The translations under genes were made by a program, and so were the position numbers. A DNA stretch of 63,764 bases, the filler included, from Chiloscyllium plagiosum (taxonomy: Eukaryota), in the NCBI RefSeq assembly GCF_004010195.1. It is 5 parts of one record of this genome, joined end to end, with 100 filler letters (N's around TTAATTAATTAA, not from the genome) between each part and the next. Parts side by side here need not be neighbours in the genome. Positions count along the whole stretch, not along the records: positions 56,092 to 63,764 come from NC_057717.1; 4 more parts are not named here. One strand, written 5' to 3'. The first letter of the stretch is position 1; every line of letters starts with the position of its first letter. The notes beneath the pieces were generated by a model that was not told the DNA's origin, made no database searches, and was given only the letters and a program-made list of their open reading frames with translations. Positions 61,880 through 63,764 of the stretch are shown piece by piece.

Positions 61880-63764
61880 ATTTCCAGATATTCCACAAGG
61901 ACATCAAGCAGAACAGAATAACCAGGGAACAATCAGGGCCCAGTAGAAACCAAGGGGCCAATTTGTGTGTGAAGCTGGAGAACATTGATAGATTGTGACA
62001 TGAGAGTTTCCCATCTGATTTACTTGGGAGAATGTGGAGACAGGTACATAGTTCAAGAAGATGGAGTGGGAAGATCTTAAACGGATTGATATAAGATGCG
62101 AGCAGGGAATGATGGTTTTGGATGGTATAAAATTGGACAAACCCCCGGGGGTTGTATCCCAGGCTGCTGTTGGAGACAAGGGAGGAAAGGCACTGACTCA
62201 AATGTTTAAGTAAGATCTGGTCACACTGGAGCCTTTACAGGAGTGCGGGTGGAGATAGACCAGGGAACTGTAGATCAGTGAGTATCAGATCAGTGTTAAG
62301 GAAGCTATTGGGGAAAATAGGGAAGGAGAAAATTCACCTTCATTTAGAGAAGCAATATTTGATCAGGGATCGTCAGCATGAAGATATCAGAGGGACGTCA
62401 TGCCGAACAAATTTTATTGATTTTTTTGCGGAAAGGTCACTTATATGTTTCTTCAGCAAAACCTTTGTCAACGCCCCACATGGGAAACTAATAAAGAAAG
62501 TACAATCTCATGCTATCAAATGTAACTTGGTAAGTTATATTCAAGTTGTCTAACTGGCAGGAGACAGAGAGTGGTGGTAGAAACCTATTTGTGTGATTGG
62601 AGACCGGTCTCCCCTGGCGTATCACAGGGATCAGTGCTGTATCCCTTATTATTTGTGGTATTCAGAAATGATGTAGATGCGAATGTGGAGGGGGGTGGGA
62701 AGAGTGTGTTAAGTAAGTTTGCGTTGAGCAAAAAGATTGTCTGGGTGGTTGGCAGTGAGGAGAAAGGTCTTACGTTACAGGAAGATACAGATGGAATGAT
62801 CAGATGGGTGGATCAATGGCAGATGGAATGTAACCCTGATAAATATGAGGTGATGTACTTTGGAAGAAGGAACCAGACAGGGGAGGACTCACTAGATGAC
62901 AGCACACTAGGAAGCTCAGAGGGTGCATCTCCACACATCCCTGAATGTCACTAGGCATGGTAATAGGCTGGTTCAGAAGTCACATACGACTGTCGGCATA
63001 GCCTTTATTCATTGAGACATAGATTGTAAAAGTTATACAAAAGATTGATTCGGCCACAGATGGAATACTGTCTGGAGTTCTGGGAGTCACATTGTGGAAG
63101 GATGTGATTGCACTGCAGGGGGTGCAGAGGAGATTAACCAGGATGTTCCCTGGGATGGAGCATATCAGCCATGGAGAGAGGCTAGATAAGCTCGGGTGGT
63201 TTACGTTGGAGCAGAGAAGGCGGAGGGGGACGTGATCCAGAAGGATAAGATTACGAGGGGCATGGAGATGGTTTGTAGACAGCAGCTGTTCCTTTTAGTA
63301 AAAGGGACATGAACAAGGAAACATACTTTTAAAGTGAAGGGGTTGCGGTTTAGAGAAGATATGAGGATTGTTTTTCACCCAGGGGGTGTTGGGGTCAGGA
63401 TTAAACTTCCTGAGAGGATAGTTGTGATGGGTAATCTCACAACGATTAAAACGTACTAGAAGTGTAATAACATTTATGGCTACATATCTCATGTAAGAAA
63501 GTGGGGACTAATGTAGATCGTACTGCTTTTCTGACAGTACACAGTCTAAGCTTCTCTGATTGTTTAATTATGGATGGTGCAAACAGTTAAGAAGATAAAT
63601 GGTGCGTTGACAATCATTTGAGTACAGGAGTTAGGGTTTCTTACTGCAGCTGTACAGGCCCTTGGTGAGACCCCATCTCGAACATTGTGCAGTATTGTGT
63701 ACAGTTTTCCTCTCCTTACCAAATAAAGCACAATCCTGACATTGAGGGAGAGCAGTGAAGGATG
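61880..63764 (+). mobile_element. Degenerate CR1 ORF2 (RT to 3' end) plus a second fragment
   Basis: QH...RG.SC.TN.I.FF, GVSQGSVL.PLLF, WQMECNPDKYEVMYFG, LQGVQRR.TRM.PG. Confidence 0.85.

Overview
Eukaryotic, repeat-dominated DNA, almost certainly from a cartilaginous fish (shark-type HE1 SINEs, HER1/CR1 LINEs, shark-type Penelope elements). The window is five separate pieces (1-17712, 17813-31822, 31923-42660, 42761-55991, 56092-63764) joined by artificial 100-bp N44-TTAATTAATTAA-N44 spacers, plus several internal N gaps. I see no intact protein-coding gene; the long ORFs are retroelement remnants or run through Ns. Contents: many CR1 fragments, HE1 and Deu-type SINEs, Penelope elements with minimal hammerhead ribozyme cores, an RT-deleted L1, a Gypsy gag (SCAN-like), a Ty1/Copia fossil, a decayed tRNA cluster (iMet, Pro, Leu, Gly x3), a 62-bp satellite arranged as a large inverted duplication, and old segmental duplications carrying candidate exons. 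The most striking observation is a Penelope pLTR copy at ~43.3-43.8 kb with two patches of dense A-to-G change (ADAR-like hyper-editing fixed in DNA, or an assembly artefact). Family names rest on my recall of consensus motifs, and repeat boundaries are approximate.
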